This document shows positions 34,800-44,299 of a DNA stretch of 64,000 nt, one piece after another; position 1 is the first letter of the stretch, and each line of letters opens with the position of its first letter. The position numbers were made by a program, and so were the translations under genes. The notes under the pieces are model-generated. The model had not been told where the DNA came from. It saw only the letters and a program-made list of their open reading frames with translations, and did not search any database. Origin of the DNA: Treponemataceae bacterium (GTDB lineage: Bacteria > Spirochaetota > Spirochaetia > Treponematales > Rectinemataceae); NCBI GenBank assembly GCA_963678065.2, contig CAXXVZ010000002.1, positions 352,001 to 416,000 of the forward strand, given 5' to 3'.

Positions 34800-35140
34800 T
34801 GAAACAAAGAATATTTACAGCTAAAGCCGGCTTTTTGAAACTTTCCCTTCCCAAAGAAAAAGGCAATTGTCCGCTCTGCAATAATCCCGGGGACCGGCAC
34901 GCAATTTCACCATTGGAAACATTGTAAAAAGTGAATTCACCGATTGCATAGGCGTGAATGGCGATCAATAAAAACATCGACGGATTCTTCGATGTGATAA
35001 AAGAAACCGGTGCGAAGAAAAACCCGGAATGCAAGAAAAACAATCCGCTTGGCACCTGTTGTCATGGCATCATAAAAGATGCAATAGAACAGGCAAAGCA
35101 GATGGGCCCGAACCTTGCAAATGACTCCACAATGGCTTAG
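34800..35140 (+). pseudogene. Decayed Zn/2Fe-2S-binding metallochaperone-like gene (CopZ N-terminal/BFD-like)
   Basis: CPLCNNPG and ECKKNNPLGTCC motifs separated by in-frame stops, with the central Cys motifs missing. Confidence 0.55.
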
Positions 35141-35154
35141 CTTCGGAATGAGGA

Positions 35155-36266
35155 GTGGCCAATAGGCAAAAATCACATCGCCTTCCTGTCATCGCGTTCA
35201 AGTTCATTCTCTTCGCCACCCTGACTTCGTGCATCTCGCTTCCGGCCTCCATGTATGCCGAATCGGGAAATCAAATAACAGCCGACGCGCCGGACAACGC
35301 GGCGGAGCCCCTCCTGGAAGCGACGTCGGGGAAGCGCATAACTGAATTCACGCTCGCCGCCGAAATGGAGTTGTTGTCTATCCCCATTCTGCGGACAAAA
35401 GTGAATACCGGCTTTCTGGAATCGCAGGGCTATGAAAAATGGCACAAGGAAGCGCCCCGCTGGGGTATGCCGTGTGGATGCCGGATTATCCGGGCATGGG
35501 AGATGCGCCGGGGATTCAGCCATGCTGCGATCCGGGAAGCCTCGCGCGTTCGACCCTGGATGGCCTGGCCGCGGCCAGATCCTACCTCGACTCGCAGGAT
35601 TCGTCGGGATATACGGAAAGCGGAAGGCTGTACGTCATAGGGTATTCGGAAGGCGGACTCGCCGCGATGGCGATCATACGCGCGATCGAAAGGCGCACAA
35701 GTTGGACTGAAGCGGGAGGATCGGCTCCACCGAGGAGACTTACGTTGATGGCTGAATACCCGATGGGTGCTCCATTGAACCTCAGCCTCGGTTTCGCGGA
35801 AAATCTGGCGAACGACAAGCCTGTGGAAAACCCGGCCTATGTCCTCCTTCTTTTCTCGGGATTCGCCCGGATTCATCCCCAATCCGTCATACTTGAAGAC
35901 ATCATCAGGGATGATGTCCGTTCGTCGATACTTCCGCTTCTCGGAGAGACAAAAAATGCAAACGAAATCAACCGGGATCTGGCCGCAGTGCTAAAGATTC
36001 CGCAGTGGGGAATTCGTGCCGCCGACATGCTCAAACCAGGATTCATCGCGGATCTTAAAAGCGATGCCCGGAACAACCGGGTCATGCGGGTCATCGAATC
36101 GGCGAGAATGGATCGGTGGGAACCCGAGCCCGGCATCCCGATGACGCTTGCAGCCAGTCGTCGGGACAAATTGGTTCTGCCGGAAAACTCCGAAGCGGAC
36201 GCGCGGAGTCCCGGCGCGCCCGTGCCACCCTCAAAAAAACCTTGGAATGCGGGTTTTCAGTTGTAG
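35155..36266 (+). pseudogene. Frameshifted/truncated secretory lipase-type alpha/beta hydrolase
   Basis: Lipobox-like signal (LTSC) in one frame; GYAVxMPDYxGMG and GYSEGG in another; no obvious C-terminal catalytic His segment. Confidence 0.6.
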
Positions 36267-36296
36267 ATATTCACACGCGGCGCTCGGGGCGGAAGT

Positions 36297-37565
36297 CTAG
36301 ACAACTCCGCGAATCTTTCGCAGGGTCTCGGACCCCGCGAGCGCGGACAGCCCCGTCCCCGAAGCCAGGACAGCGTCCAGAAGCAGGGCGCAGTTGAGTT
36401 CGAAACGGGGGACGTGGAAGGCTCCCTTGTACTGGTTGCCCTTGACGTCGTTCGCCACCGATCCGTCCCTGCGGAGGTAACCGAACCACTCGCCGTGGAC
36501 GGGGTCGGGGAAGTGCCTCCAGGAGTAGTCGTGGAGGGTCTCGAACCAGCGCTCCCATCTGGCTTCCCCCGTCAGGGCCCAGGCGAAGAGGCATGCGTAG
36601 ACGGCTTCGGTGTGGGGCCACCAGTATTTCATGTCCCACTCGATCTGGGCCGGCGTCCTGCCCTCCAGGTCGACGAAGGAGAAGAGGCCGCCGCATTCGG
36701 GGTCCCAGCCGCGCGCGAGCGACCATTCGAGGATGGGCAGAGCCCGCGCCACCAGCGAGGGGTCGTTCCGCCTGCGCCCCTCCTCCATGATGAACCAGGC
36801 GGTCTCGATGGCGTGCCCCGGGTTGATGCAGCGCCCCTCGCTGCCCTCGGCGATCGAGCCGTCGGCGTTGACCGTTTCAAGAAGGGCCCGCAGTCCGGGT
36901 TTGACGAAGTACCGGAAGAGCTCGTCGATCTGCGCGTCGATACGCGCGGTGTAGGAATCGGCGCGCTCCGGATCGCAGTCGCGCAGGATCTGGAGCACAT
37001 TGATGAGGATCATCGTCCCGGAATGCCCGCGCAGCTGTCTCGTGGCGGGATCGATTTTAGGCTCAAGCCGGCCCTGGTTCGCCTCGAAGACTGCGAGCGT
37101 GTCGAGTGCGCACCGGAGCCAGGCGGGATCCCCTGTAGCACTGTCCCCCGCGGACTTGTCGCCCGCGACTTTCGAGTACTGGGCCATGCCGATGATCGCG
37201 AAGGTCTCGGTGAAGAGGTAGCGCCGGAGCACGAGGGGCGCGCCCTCGCGGGTCAGCTCGAAGTAGCCCCTGCCGCCGGGACCGGCGAGGACCTTGTCGC
37301 GCACGAAACGCGCGCAGCTGCCCGCGGCCTCCAGCCATTCCGGGCGCGGGCCGAGGGCCTCGATGAGCCGGGACAGAACCCAGGCGAAGCGCCCCTGTAT
37401 CCAGCCGCTCTTGTCGGTGGAGAAGGGCAGCCCTTCCCGGTCCAGGGAATTCAAAAGCCCCCCGCATTCCTTGTCCATTCCCTTATTGATCCAGAATGGG
37501 ATGGTGTCGGAGACGAGCTCCCTGAGATAGAAATCCCGCAATTCGGACAATCGCGTCTGTGTCAT
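36297..37565 (-). CDS. AGE-family (N-acylglucosamine 2-) epimerase
   Basis: WIQGR, NPGHAIE, KYWWPHTE, GEWFGYL, FHVPR motifs. Confidence 0.92.
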   Translation of the reverse strand: MTQTRLSELRDFYLRELVSDTIPFWINKGMDKECGGLLNSLDREGLPFSTDKSGWIQGRFAWVLSRLIEALGPRPEWLEAAGSCARFVRDKVLAGPGGRGYFELTREGAPLVLRRYLFTETFAIIGMAQYSKVAGDKSAGDSATGDPAWLRCALDTLAVFEANQGRLEPKIDPATRQLRGHSGTMILINVLQILRDCDPERADSYTARIDAQIDELFRYFVKPGLRALLETVNADGSIAEGSEGRCINPGHAIETAWFIMEEGRRRNDPSLVARALPILEWSLARGWDPECGGLFSFVDLEGRTPAQIEWDMKYWWPHTEAVYACLFAWALTGEARWERWFETLHDYSWRHFPDPVHGEWFGYLRRDGSVANDVKGNQYKGAFHVPRFELNCALLLDAVLASGTGLSALAGSETLRKIRGVV

Positions 37566-37612
37566 GGTTCTTCCTGTTTGTAGTGATGCCGGATTCTCGG
37601 GCAGAGGCGGCT

Positions 37613-38272
37613 TTAGAGGGCGAATTCGACGAACAGTTTCCGCTTTCCGCTCCGGAGGTGATCCCGGATGATGTTTTCCACCTTGTCCGCGTCGTCCGAG
37701 ATCAGCTTTCCGAGCAGCTCGCAGTGGCTCTGGTTTTCGCGCTCCACGTCGGAGGAGTAGATGTCGGCGGCGACGCGGTGCATGTTGTAGAAGGTGCCGA
37801 GCCGGATAACCCGGTCGAATTCGTCCATCAGCGTCCTGCACCGGGACAGGGATACGAGGGCTCCGTGAAAAACGATCTCTTCGCGCCAGTGCTTCACGGC
37901 GTCGGAGGCCGACTCGTCGACCCGCACCGCCAGAACCATCAGCCGGTCGAACTCCTCGCGGATCGGGCGCCCGAAATACATGCGCGCGGCCTGGCATTCG
38001 ATGGCTTCGCGCATGATGAGCTGTTCGTAGACATCCTCTTTCCGGATGGGCTTCACGATAGTGCCCTTGCGGGGGAGAGTTTCGACGTAGCCCTCCATCT
38101 CGAGGTAAATGAAGGCTTCGAGGACCGGAGCCACGCTGACGCCAAGGTCTTTTGCGACAGCGCGTCTGTTGATGACGTGACCGGGCACAAGTTCCTTGTT
38201 TATGAACTTGCTGATGAGTTTTTCGTAGACCTCATCCACGCGCGAGGTTTTGCCCTCTTTCTTCGGATCCAT
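37613..38272 (-). CDS. GntR/FadR-family regulator
   Basis: Winged HTH (LGVSVAPV, LEMEG, PRKG) plus FCD-like domain (FH, H, HL). Confidence 0.9.
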   Translation of the reverse strand: MDPKKEGKTSRVDEVYEKLISKFINKELVPGHVINRRAVAKDLGVSVAPVLEAFIYLEMEGYVETLPRKGTIVKPIRKEDVYEQLIMREAIECQAARMYFGRPIREEFDRLMVLAVRVDESASDAVKHWREEIVFHGALVSLSRCRTLMDEFDRVIRLGTFYNMHRVAADIYSSDVERENQSHCELLGKLISDDADKVENIIRDHLRSGKRKLFVEFAL

Positions 38273-38285
38273 GGTTTTCTCCGCC

Positions 38286-39299
38286 TTATGATAGTGCCCA
38301 ATCCGGCGCTTCCTTCGCAAGCCATGTCTTGAAGCCTTCGAAAACGGCGGGACTCGCTCCCCGGTAGGGCGAAAGCATGTCCAGCGGGAACTCCGGGTCG
38401 GCGAGGCGTGCGTAGAGTTTGTCGAAAGCGCCGTCCATGTGACCGTGCTCCTGTGCCACCGAGTCGAGGACCCGGGCGCGGATACCGTAGAGCTCGCGGG
38501 TCATCCGCCGCAGCGCTTCGGTATTTCCGCGCTGCCCCGCATCGAAAAACTCCCGGCACCGGGCGGGATGGATGGAGCTGACCGACACCAGAAGCCCGCA
38601 TTCGCCGCCGAAGAGGCAGGCCGCGGCGTAGTCGAGCTCGGTCACGAAGTGGCAGAGTTCCGGCGCTCCGTTCAGCAGGCTCATGAGCGAGGCCACCGTG
38701 TGTCCGCCGGATTTCGTGGCGACGAGGTTGGGGTACTCTGCCGACAGGCGGGCGTACTCTCCGCCCGTCAGCACGCGGCCCGAGCGCCCGGTGTTGTAGT
38801 GGAGAAATCGCGCCTGGGGATACTGGCCGAGAATGTCGCGGAAGAAGCGCGCGATTTCCTGGTCGGTCAGGGCCCCCCAGCTCGGGAAGGATATCTGGAA
38901 ATCGTAAAAGCCGATCGCGAGCCCCGCCTCGATCCGTTCCCTGATCTGGGCTACGGACAAGCCGATGACACCGAGCTGGCACAATCCGTCCGCGGGGCCG
39001 CAAGCGGTAGTTCCAGCTGTGCCGTCAGCTTTGCTGCTGCCGGTGGCGGCTCCGACGGCAGCGGAGCCAGCTTCGGGGCCGACAGCGCGCATCTCGTCGA
39101 AAAAAACCGCGGCGATCTTCCCGTAGACGGCGTCCGTGACCGCATAGCCTTCGCCCGCGGTTCCGAAAATGTACAGATTGTCGAACCCGCCCCGCCGGAG
39201 ACAGCGCACCTGATTCCGGAAGACCGCTTCGAGAAACTCTCCTCTGTCGCTCCAGGGCAGGCAGACTGTCGCCAACCGGCGGGGCTCGATCCGTTTCAT
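38286..39299 (-). CDS. Divergent DHDPS/NAL-family lyase
   Basis: GTAGEG, HYN and Schiff-base Lys in ATKSG; TGATG-coupled to the upstream lyase. Confidence 0.8.
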   Translation of the reverse strand: MKRIEPRRLATVCLPWSDRGEFLEAVFRNQVRCLRRGGFDNLYIFGTAGEGYAVTDAVYGKIAAVFFDEMRAVGPEAGSAAVGAATGSSKADGTAGTTACGPADGLCQLGVIGLSVAQIRERIEAGLAIGFYDFQISFPSWGALTDQEIARFFRDILGQYPQARFLHYNTGRSGRVLTGGEYARLSAEYPNLVATKSGGHTVASLMSLLNGAPELCHFVTELDYAAACLFGGECGLLVSVSSIHPARCREFFDAGQRGNTEALRRMTRELYGIRARVLDSVAQEHGHMDGAFDKLYARLADPEFPLDMLSPYRGASPAVFEGFKTWLAKEAPDWALS

Positions 39300-40225
39300 C
39301 ACAGCGCGTCGAGCACGGCCACACCCGTGATACCGTGCGAATCGCGGATCGCGCGCAAGCCTTCCCTGACGACCGCCATCTGTTCGGGACTGTTGTTGGC
39401 TATCGGCTTCCTGCAATATCCGGCGTCGACGCCGATCCACGAGAGGGATCGCTTCATGATGGAGAAATAATTGTGCTCGAGGGAATACAGGATGACGGCG
39501 TTGGCTTGCCTCTGCATCTCCTTCGCAGTCGCCATGTCCCCTGCGCGCACCGCGGCGTAGAGGCGGATGAAAAGTTCGGGGATCATGTTGTAGAAGGAGC
39601 CGATTATGCCATCCGCTCCGAATTCCAGCCCCGACATGGCCATCTCGTCGGCCCCGGAGTACACTTTGAAATCAGCGCCGATCTCTTCCTTGATGCGCAT
39701 GATCTCGAAATGGGTGGCCGCGGTGTATTTTATTCCCTTCACCCCGTCGATGCCGGCGAGCTTCTTTATCAGGCCATAGCCGACGAGGCCCGCGAGCGGC
39801 ACATTGTAGACGATCATCGGGAGCGAGACCGCGTCGCAGATGTCCGCGTAATAGCCCTGAATGTCGGCGTCGGAATATTTCCAGTAAATGGGCGGAACGG
39901 AGGATATCGCGTCGGCGCCCGCGCCTTGAGCGTGTTTCGCGAGTTCGACGCTGAGCTTCGTGCTGATCGCCCCGACGTGGACCATGAGGGGGACGGCGCC
40001 TTTCACCTCGTCGACCACCGTTTCGACGACGCGCTTGCGCTCGTCGGGCGTCATCATGAAGGATTCGCCGGTGCTGCCCGTGAGGTAGAAGCCGTCCACT
40101 TTTCTGTCGAGGAGCGTGCGGACGACTGCGCGCTGGCGCTTCTCGTCGTACTCCCCGTCTTCGTCGAAGCAGCTTATCAGCGCGGGAATGACTCCCTTGA
40201 AATCCGCGAGGGAAAATTTGCTCAT
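39299..40225 (-). CDS. nanA: N-acetylneuraminate lyase-like (DHDPS family)
   Basis: GSTGE, ISSVPP, YNVP, GIKYT, SGADEM, GIIGSFYN motifs; AGE epimerase in the same operon. Confidence 0.75.
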   Translation of the reverse strand: MSKFSLADFKGVIPALISCFDEDGEYDEKRQRAVVRTLLDRKVDGFYLTGSTGESFMMTPDERKRVVETVVDEVKGAVPLMVHVGAISTKLSVELAKHAQGAGADAISSVPPIYWKYSDADIQGYYADICDAVSLPMIVYNVPLAGLVGYGLIKKLAGIDGVKGIKYTAATHFEIMRIKEEIGADFKVYSGADEMAMSGLEFGADGIIGSFYNMIPELFIRLYAAVRAGDMATAKEMQRQANAVILYSLEHNYFSIMKRSLSWIGVDAGYCRKPIANNSPEQMAVVREGLRAIRDSHGITGVAVLDAL

Positions 40226-41256
40226 ATGGTTTCTCCTTTCATTCGTGACGATTCCGGCTCCATGTCCATGAGATGACAGGCGACATGGTGTCGCTTGCCG
40301 CGTATCGTGTACTGCGTGAGCGCAGGCTTGTGCCTCCGGCATATGTCCATGACCTGGGCGCAGCGCGGATGGAAGGGGCAGCCTGCGGGCGGGTTGATCG
40401 GGTTGGGAACATCGCCCTCCAGTATGATCCTCGCCGCTTTGTGGTCGAGATCGGCCACGGGAATCGCGGAGAGGAGCGCGCGCGTGTAGGGGTGCGAGGC
40501 ATCCGCGTAGAGGTCCTCCGAGTCCGCGAGCTCGACAATGTGGCCGAGATACATGACGGCGATCCTGTCGCTTATGTATTCGACGACGGAGAGATCGTGC
40601 GTGATGAAGATGTAGGTCAGTCCGCGTTCCTTCTTCAGCTTCATCAGGAGGTTCAGCACCTGGGCGCGGATCGACACGTCCAGGGCGCTCACCGCCTCGT
40701 CGCAGACGACCAACTCCGGGTTCACGCACAGGGCGCGGGCGATTCCGATACGCTGCCGTTGCCCGCCCGAAAACTCGTTCGGATAGCGGTCCATGTATTC
40801 GGGCCTCATGTTGACGGCCTCGAGCAGGTCGCCGATGATCGCGCGCCGCTGGGCGTATTTTTTCACGCCGAATTTTTTCAAAGGGTCGCTCAGCGAGCCC
40901 ATGATGGTAAAAGAGGGATTCAGCGACGAGTACGGGTCCTGGAAAACGATCTGCATCTTCTTGCGCGCGGCCATCATGTCTTTTGCGGACAATGTGCACA
41001 GATCCTTTTTCACGCCGTCGAAATCATAGACGATGCTTCCCGCGCTGGCTTTGACGAGCTGGAGAATGGTCTTTCCGAGAGTTGTTTTCCCGCAGCCGGA
41101 TTCGCCCACGAGGCCTATCGTCTCGCCCCGGAATATGTCGAGGTCCACGCCGTCCACAGCCTTCACCTGGCCGACCACCCGCTTCAGTATCCCTTTTTTT
41201 ACGGGGAAGTGCGTCTTGACGCCCCGGAGGGAGAGGAGAACTTCCTTATTTTCCAT
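40222..41256 (-). CDS. Opp/Dpp-type ABC ATPase (OppF-like)
   Basis: GESGCGKT, FSGGQRQR, DEAVSALD, HPYT, C-terminal Cys motif. Confidence 0.93.
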   Translation of the reverse strand: MENKEVLLSLRGVKTHFPVKKGILKRVVGQVKAVDGVDLDIFRGETIGLVGESGCGKTTLGKTILQLVKASAGSIVYDFDGVKKDLCTLSAKDMMAARKKMQIVFQDPYSSLNPSFTIMGSLSDPLKKFGVKKYAQRRAIIGDLLEAVNMRPEYMDRYPNEFSGGQRQRIGIARALCVNPELVVCDEAVSALDVSIRAQVLNLLMKLKKERGLTYIFITHDLSVVEYISDRIAVMYLGHIVELADSEDLYADASHPYTRALLSAIPVADLDHKAARIILEGDVPNPINPPAGCPFHPRCAQVMDICRRHKPALTQYTIRGKRHHVACHLMDMEPESSRMKGETI

Positions 41257-42259
41257 ATGCCGCCCTTGCCGCCGCGTAGTTCCAGCACCGCACCCGGTGC
41301 GTCGCGTCGATCCAGGTCTCCGGGGGCATCCGGGCAGCGCATTCGTCGCTGCAGTAATCGCAGCGCGGCGCAAACTGGCAGCCTTTGGGTCTGTCGTAGG
41401 CATCCGGCGTCGCCCCCCGTATGGGATCGATGATCTGATGCTTCCCCCGCCCGAGGACGGGGATGGAGCGGAGCAGAGCCTGCGTGTAAGGGTGGACGGG
41501 CGTCCGCAGGATGTCGGATACCGTCCCGCCTTCCACGATATTGCCCATATACATGACGATGACATCGTCGGCCAGCTCCGTGACGACGCCCATGTCGTGC
41601 GTTATCAACATGATCGCGGTGCCGTGTTTTTCCTTGAGCGTCGCCATGAGGCTGAAAACCTGGGCCTGCGTCGTCACATCGAGCGCCGTGGTCGGCTCGT
41701 CCGCGATCAGGATTTTCGGATCGCAGGCCATGGCCATGGCTATCATCGCGCGCTGGCGCATGCCGCCCGAAAACTGGTGCGGATACTCGTCGATCCGCTG
41801 CCCCGGGAGGGGAATGCCCATGTCGGTCAGGAGAGAGACAGCTTTCGTCCTCCGCGCCTCGCGATTCATCGTCGTGTGGTAGATCAGGTTTTCGCTTATC
41901 TGGAATCCGATCGTGTACACCGGATTGAGGGCCGTCATGGGGTCCTGGAAAATCATCGCGATATCGGCCCCGCGCAAACTTCGCATTTCCGCTCCGTTCC
42001 GCTCGAGCCGGTCGATGCGTATATCGCCGCCATCGGCGTGGTACAGGATTTCGCCGCCCTCTATCCGCGCGAAACCCGGAAGCAGCTGCATGATGGAGGC
42101 CGCGGTGACGCTCTTGCCGCACCCTGACTCCCCGACGACGCAGAGCGTTTTGCCGCGTTTGATCGAAAACGACACGTCGTTCACGGCCTTGTTGCAGCGG
42201 TTGTTGTTGTAGAAGAAGGTCTTGAGGTTCTTCACGGTTATCAGCGTGTCGTCGTTCAT
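41246..42259 (-). CDS. Opp/Dpp-type ABC ATPase (OppD-like)
   Basis: GESGCGKS, FSGGMRQR, DEPTTALD, HPYT. Confidence 0.93.
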   Translation of the reverse strand: MNDDTLITVKNLKTFFYNNNRCNKAVNDVSFSIKRGKTLCVVGESGCGKSVTAASIMQLLPGFARIEGGEILYHADGGDIRIDRLERNGAEMRSLRGADIAMIFQDPMTALNPVYTIGFQISENLIYHTTMNREARRTKAVSLLTDMGIPLPGQRIDEYPHQFSGGMRQRAMIAMAMACDPKILIADEPTTALDVTTQAQVFSLMATLKEKHGTAIMLITHDMGVVTELADDVIVMYMGNIVEGGTVSDILRTPVHPYTQALLRSIPVLGRGKHQIIDPIRGATPDAYDRPKGCQFAPRCDYCSDECAARMPPETWIDATHRVRCWNYAAARAAYGK

Positions 42260-42263
42260 ATGG

Positions 42264-43226
42264 CTAGCCCTGCTGCGACGGATCGGCGGAATCGCGCAGA
42301 CCGTCGCCGATGAAATTCACGCTCAATACGAAGAGCGAAATGACGATGCCGACGGGCAGCCATATCCACCAGTAATTCTGCAATGTCGTGAAATCGTTGG
42401 CCGCGTTGAGAATGTTGCCCCAGGTCGCGATCTGCAGGGGCACGCCCAGCCCGAGAAAACTCAGGGCCGCCTCCTGCAATATGAACATCGCCGTGCTGAG
42501 CGTGATGTTGACGACGATGGGTCCGAGGGCGTTCGGCAGCATGTGCTTGTAGCAGATGACGAGGTCGCTGAGGCCGAAAGCCTTGAGCGCCATGACGTAT
42601 TCCTCTTCGCGGATCGAAAGCATTTTGGCGCGCGTCATGCGATAGATGCTTCCCCATCCCGTCCCGATGAAGATGAGCACGAGGTTTCCCATACTCTGCC
42701 CCACGATGGAAACCAAGAGGAGCACGAGTACGATCTGCGGGAACGACATGAAGATCTCGGAAACCCCGAGGAAGATCCTGTCGACGATTCCTCCCTTGTA
42801 CCCGCCGTAGCAGCCGAGGAGTATCCCGATGAATGCGGCGCCCAGTGCACTTCCGAATCCGATGAGGATGGAAATCCTCCCGCCGTACAGGACGCGGGAA
42901 AAAATATCGCGTCCGAGCTTGTCGGTTCCGAACAGGTGCTGGGTCGACGGCGCCTTCAGCACAGCCTTCAGGTTGATCTGCAGCGGGCCGTAGGGCGCGA
43001 TGAGAGGTGCCAGAATGGAAGAGAGGACGATCAGGGCGAAAATGACGAGGCCGATGGCCGAAAGCCGGTTGGCGAGCATCTTCTTCAGCGCGCGGTTTCC
43101 CGACTGAGGCTTCAGGAGTCCCGCCTCCTCGGCGGCGAGAATGCGGTCCATCTTCCGGTCGCGCCGCGACTTCCTGCGGGTCGTGTCCGTTGCGCCCGCG
43201 GCGTCCATGGTCGTCGTGTCTCTCAT
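42264..43226 (-). CDS. Opp/Dpp-type ABC permease (OppC-like)
   Basis: HLFGTDKLGRD, EAA-like loop, LSFLGLG, GDGLRD. Confidence 0.92.
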   Translation of the reverse strand: MRDTTTMDAAGATDTTRRKSRRDRKMDRILAAEEAGLLKPQSGNRALKKMLANRLSAIGLVIFALIVLSSILAPLIAPYGPLQINLKAVLKAPSTQHLFGTDKLGRDIFSRVLYGGRISILIGFGSALGAAFIGILLGCYGGYKGGIVDRIFLGVSEIFMSFPQIVLVLLLVSIVGQSMGNLVLIFIGTGWGSIYRMTRAKMLSIREEEYVMALKAFGLSDLVICYKHMLPNALGPIVVNITLSTAMFILQEAALSFLGLGVPLQIATWGNILNAANDFTTLQNYWWIWLPVGIVISLFVLSVNFIGDGLRDSADPSQQG

Positions 43227-44182
43227 GAGAGCTTCACCCTGGGATCCAGTATCGCCGTCATCAGATCGACGAAGAGGCTGGCGAAGAGCACCGCCATGAC
43301 GAAGAACAGCGCGATCATCATGACGAGGGGATAATTCTGCCCCCGCACCGCCGCTATGAATTCGCTTCCGACGCCGGGCCACTGAAAAATCTGCTCGATC
43401 ACGACAGAGCCGCCGATGAGCATCGGCAGGCGGAAACCGATGAGGACGATGATCGGCGTAAGCGCCACGCGGAAACCGTGCACGAGGTTGATCCGCCATT
43501 CGGGCAGACCCTTGCTCCGCGCGGTCTTCATGTACTCCTTGTCGATCGTGTCGAGCATGCTGGCCCGCGAGTAGCGCATGACGCCGGCTGTCATGGATAT
43601 TCCGAGAACCAGGGCGGGAAGCACGAGGTGCGGCAGCCGGTCGAAGAAGGTCAGCTGCCCTGGCATGAGCCTGCCGCCGATGGGCAGCCACCTGAGTTTG
43701 ATGGCGAAGACGAGGAGGCTGACGAGGCCGAAAAAGAATTCCGGAACCGAGACGCCGATCATTCCCGCTATCGTCAGCGCGGTGTCGGCGGCCTTCCCGC
43801 GTTTCAGGGCGCTGAAGAGGCCCAGCACGCTTCCCATGATCGACGAGATGACAAGCGCCGCGATGGACAACTCCAGTGTGGCCGGCAGGCGGCTGAAAAC
43901 GATGTCCCTGATGGGAACACCGCTCGTCAGGCTGTAGCCGAAGTTGCCCTGCAGGACCCCCACGAGCCAGCGGACATACCGGAACAGGAAGGGCGTGTTC
44001 AGCCCGAGCGATTCGCGCATCGCGGCGAGCTGGGAGGCATCCATGTTCGCCAGCGCGTCAGGGCTCACCATGAAGGACACGGCGTCGCCCGGCATGACCT
44101 CCAGCCCGAGAAAAATCAGGAAGGTCATGACGAGCAGCATCGGGATGAAAGTCAGAAGACGTCGGATTGCGTATTCGAACAT
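43223..44182 (-). CDS. Opp/Dpp-type ABC permease (OppB-like)
   Basis: RLPATLEL, TARSKGL, EQIFQWPG, DPRV. Confidence 0.93.
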   Translation of the reverse strand: MFEYAIRRLLTFIPMLLVMTFLIFLGLEVMPGDAVSFMVSPDALANMDASQLAAMRESLGLNTPFLFRYVRWLVGVLQGNFGYSLTSGVPIRDIVFSRLPATLELSIAALVISSIMGSVLGLFSALKRGKAADTALTIAGMIGVSVPEFFFGLVSLLVFAIKLRWLPIGGRLMPGQLTFFDRLPHLVLPALVLGISMTAGVMRYSRASMLDTIDKEYMKTARSKGLPEWRINLVHGFRVALTPIIVLIGFRLPMLIGGSVVIEQIFQWPGVGSEFIAAVRGQNYPLVMMIALFFVMAVLFASLFVDLMTAILDPRVKLS

Positions 44183-44216
44183 GGCTGTGGCGACCCTTTG
44201 GATGGTGGATGGATTC

Positions 44217-44272
44217 CGCGGGGGAAGGGAAGGAACGGCACGCGATGACCGCTCCGGCGCCCCTCCCCCGCG
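44217..44272 (-). other. Intercistronic stem-loop after the solute-binding protein gene
   Basis: CGCGGGGG(A)AGGG pairs with CCCTCCCCCGCG. Confidence 0.55.
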
Positions 44273-44299
44273 ACGATACTACGAAACCGTACCCGGCCC

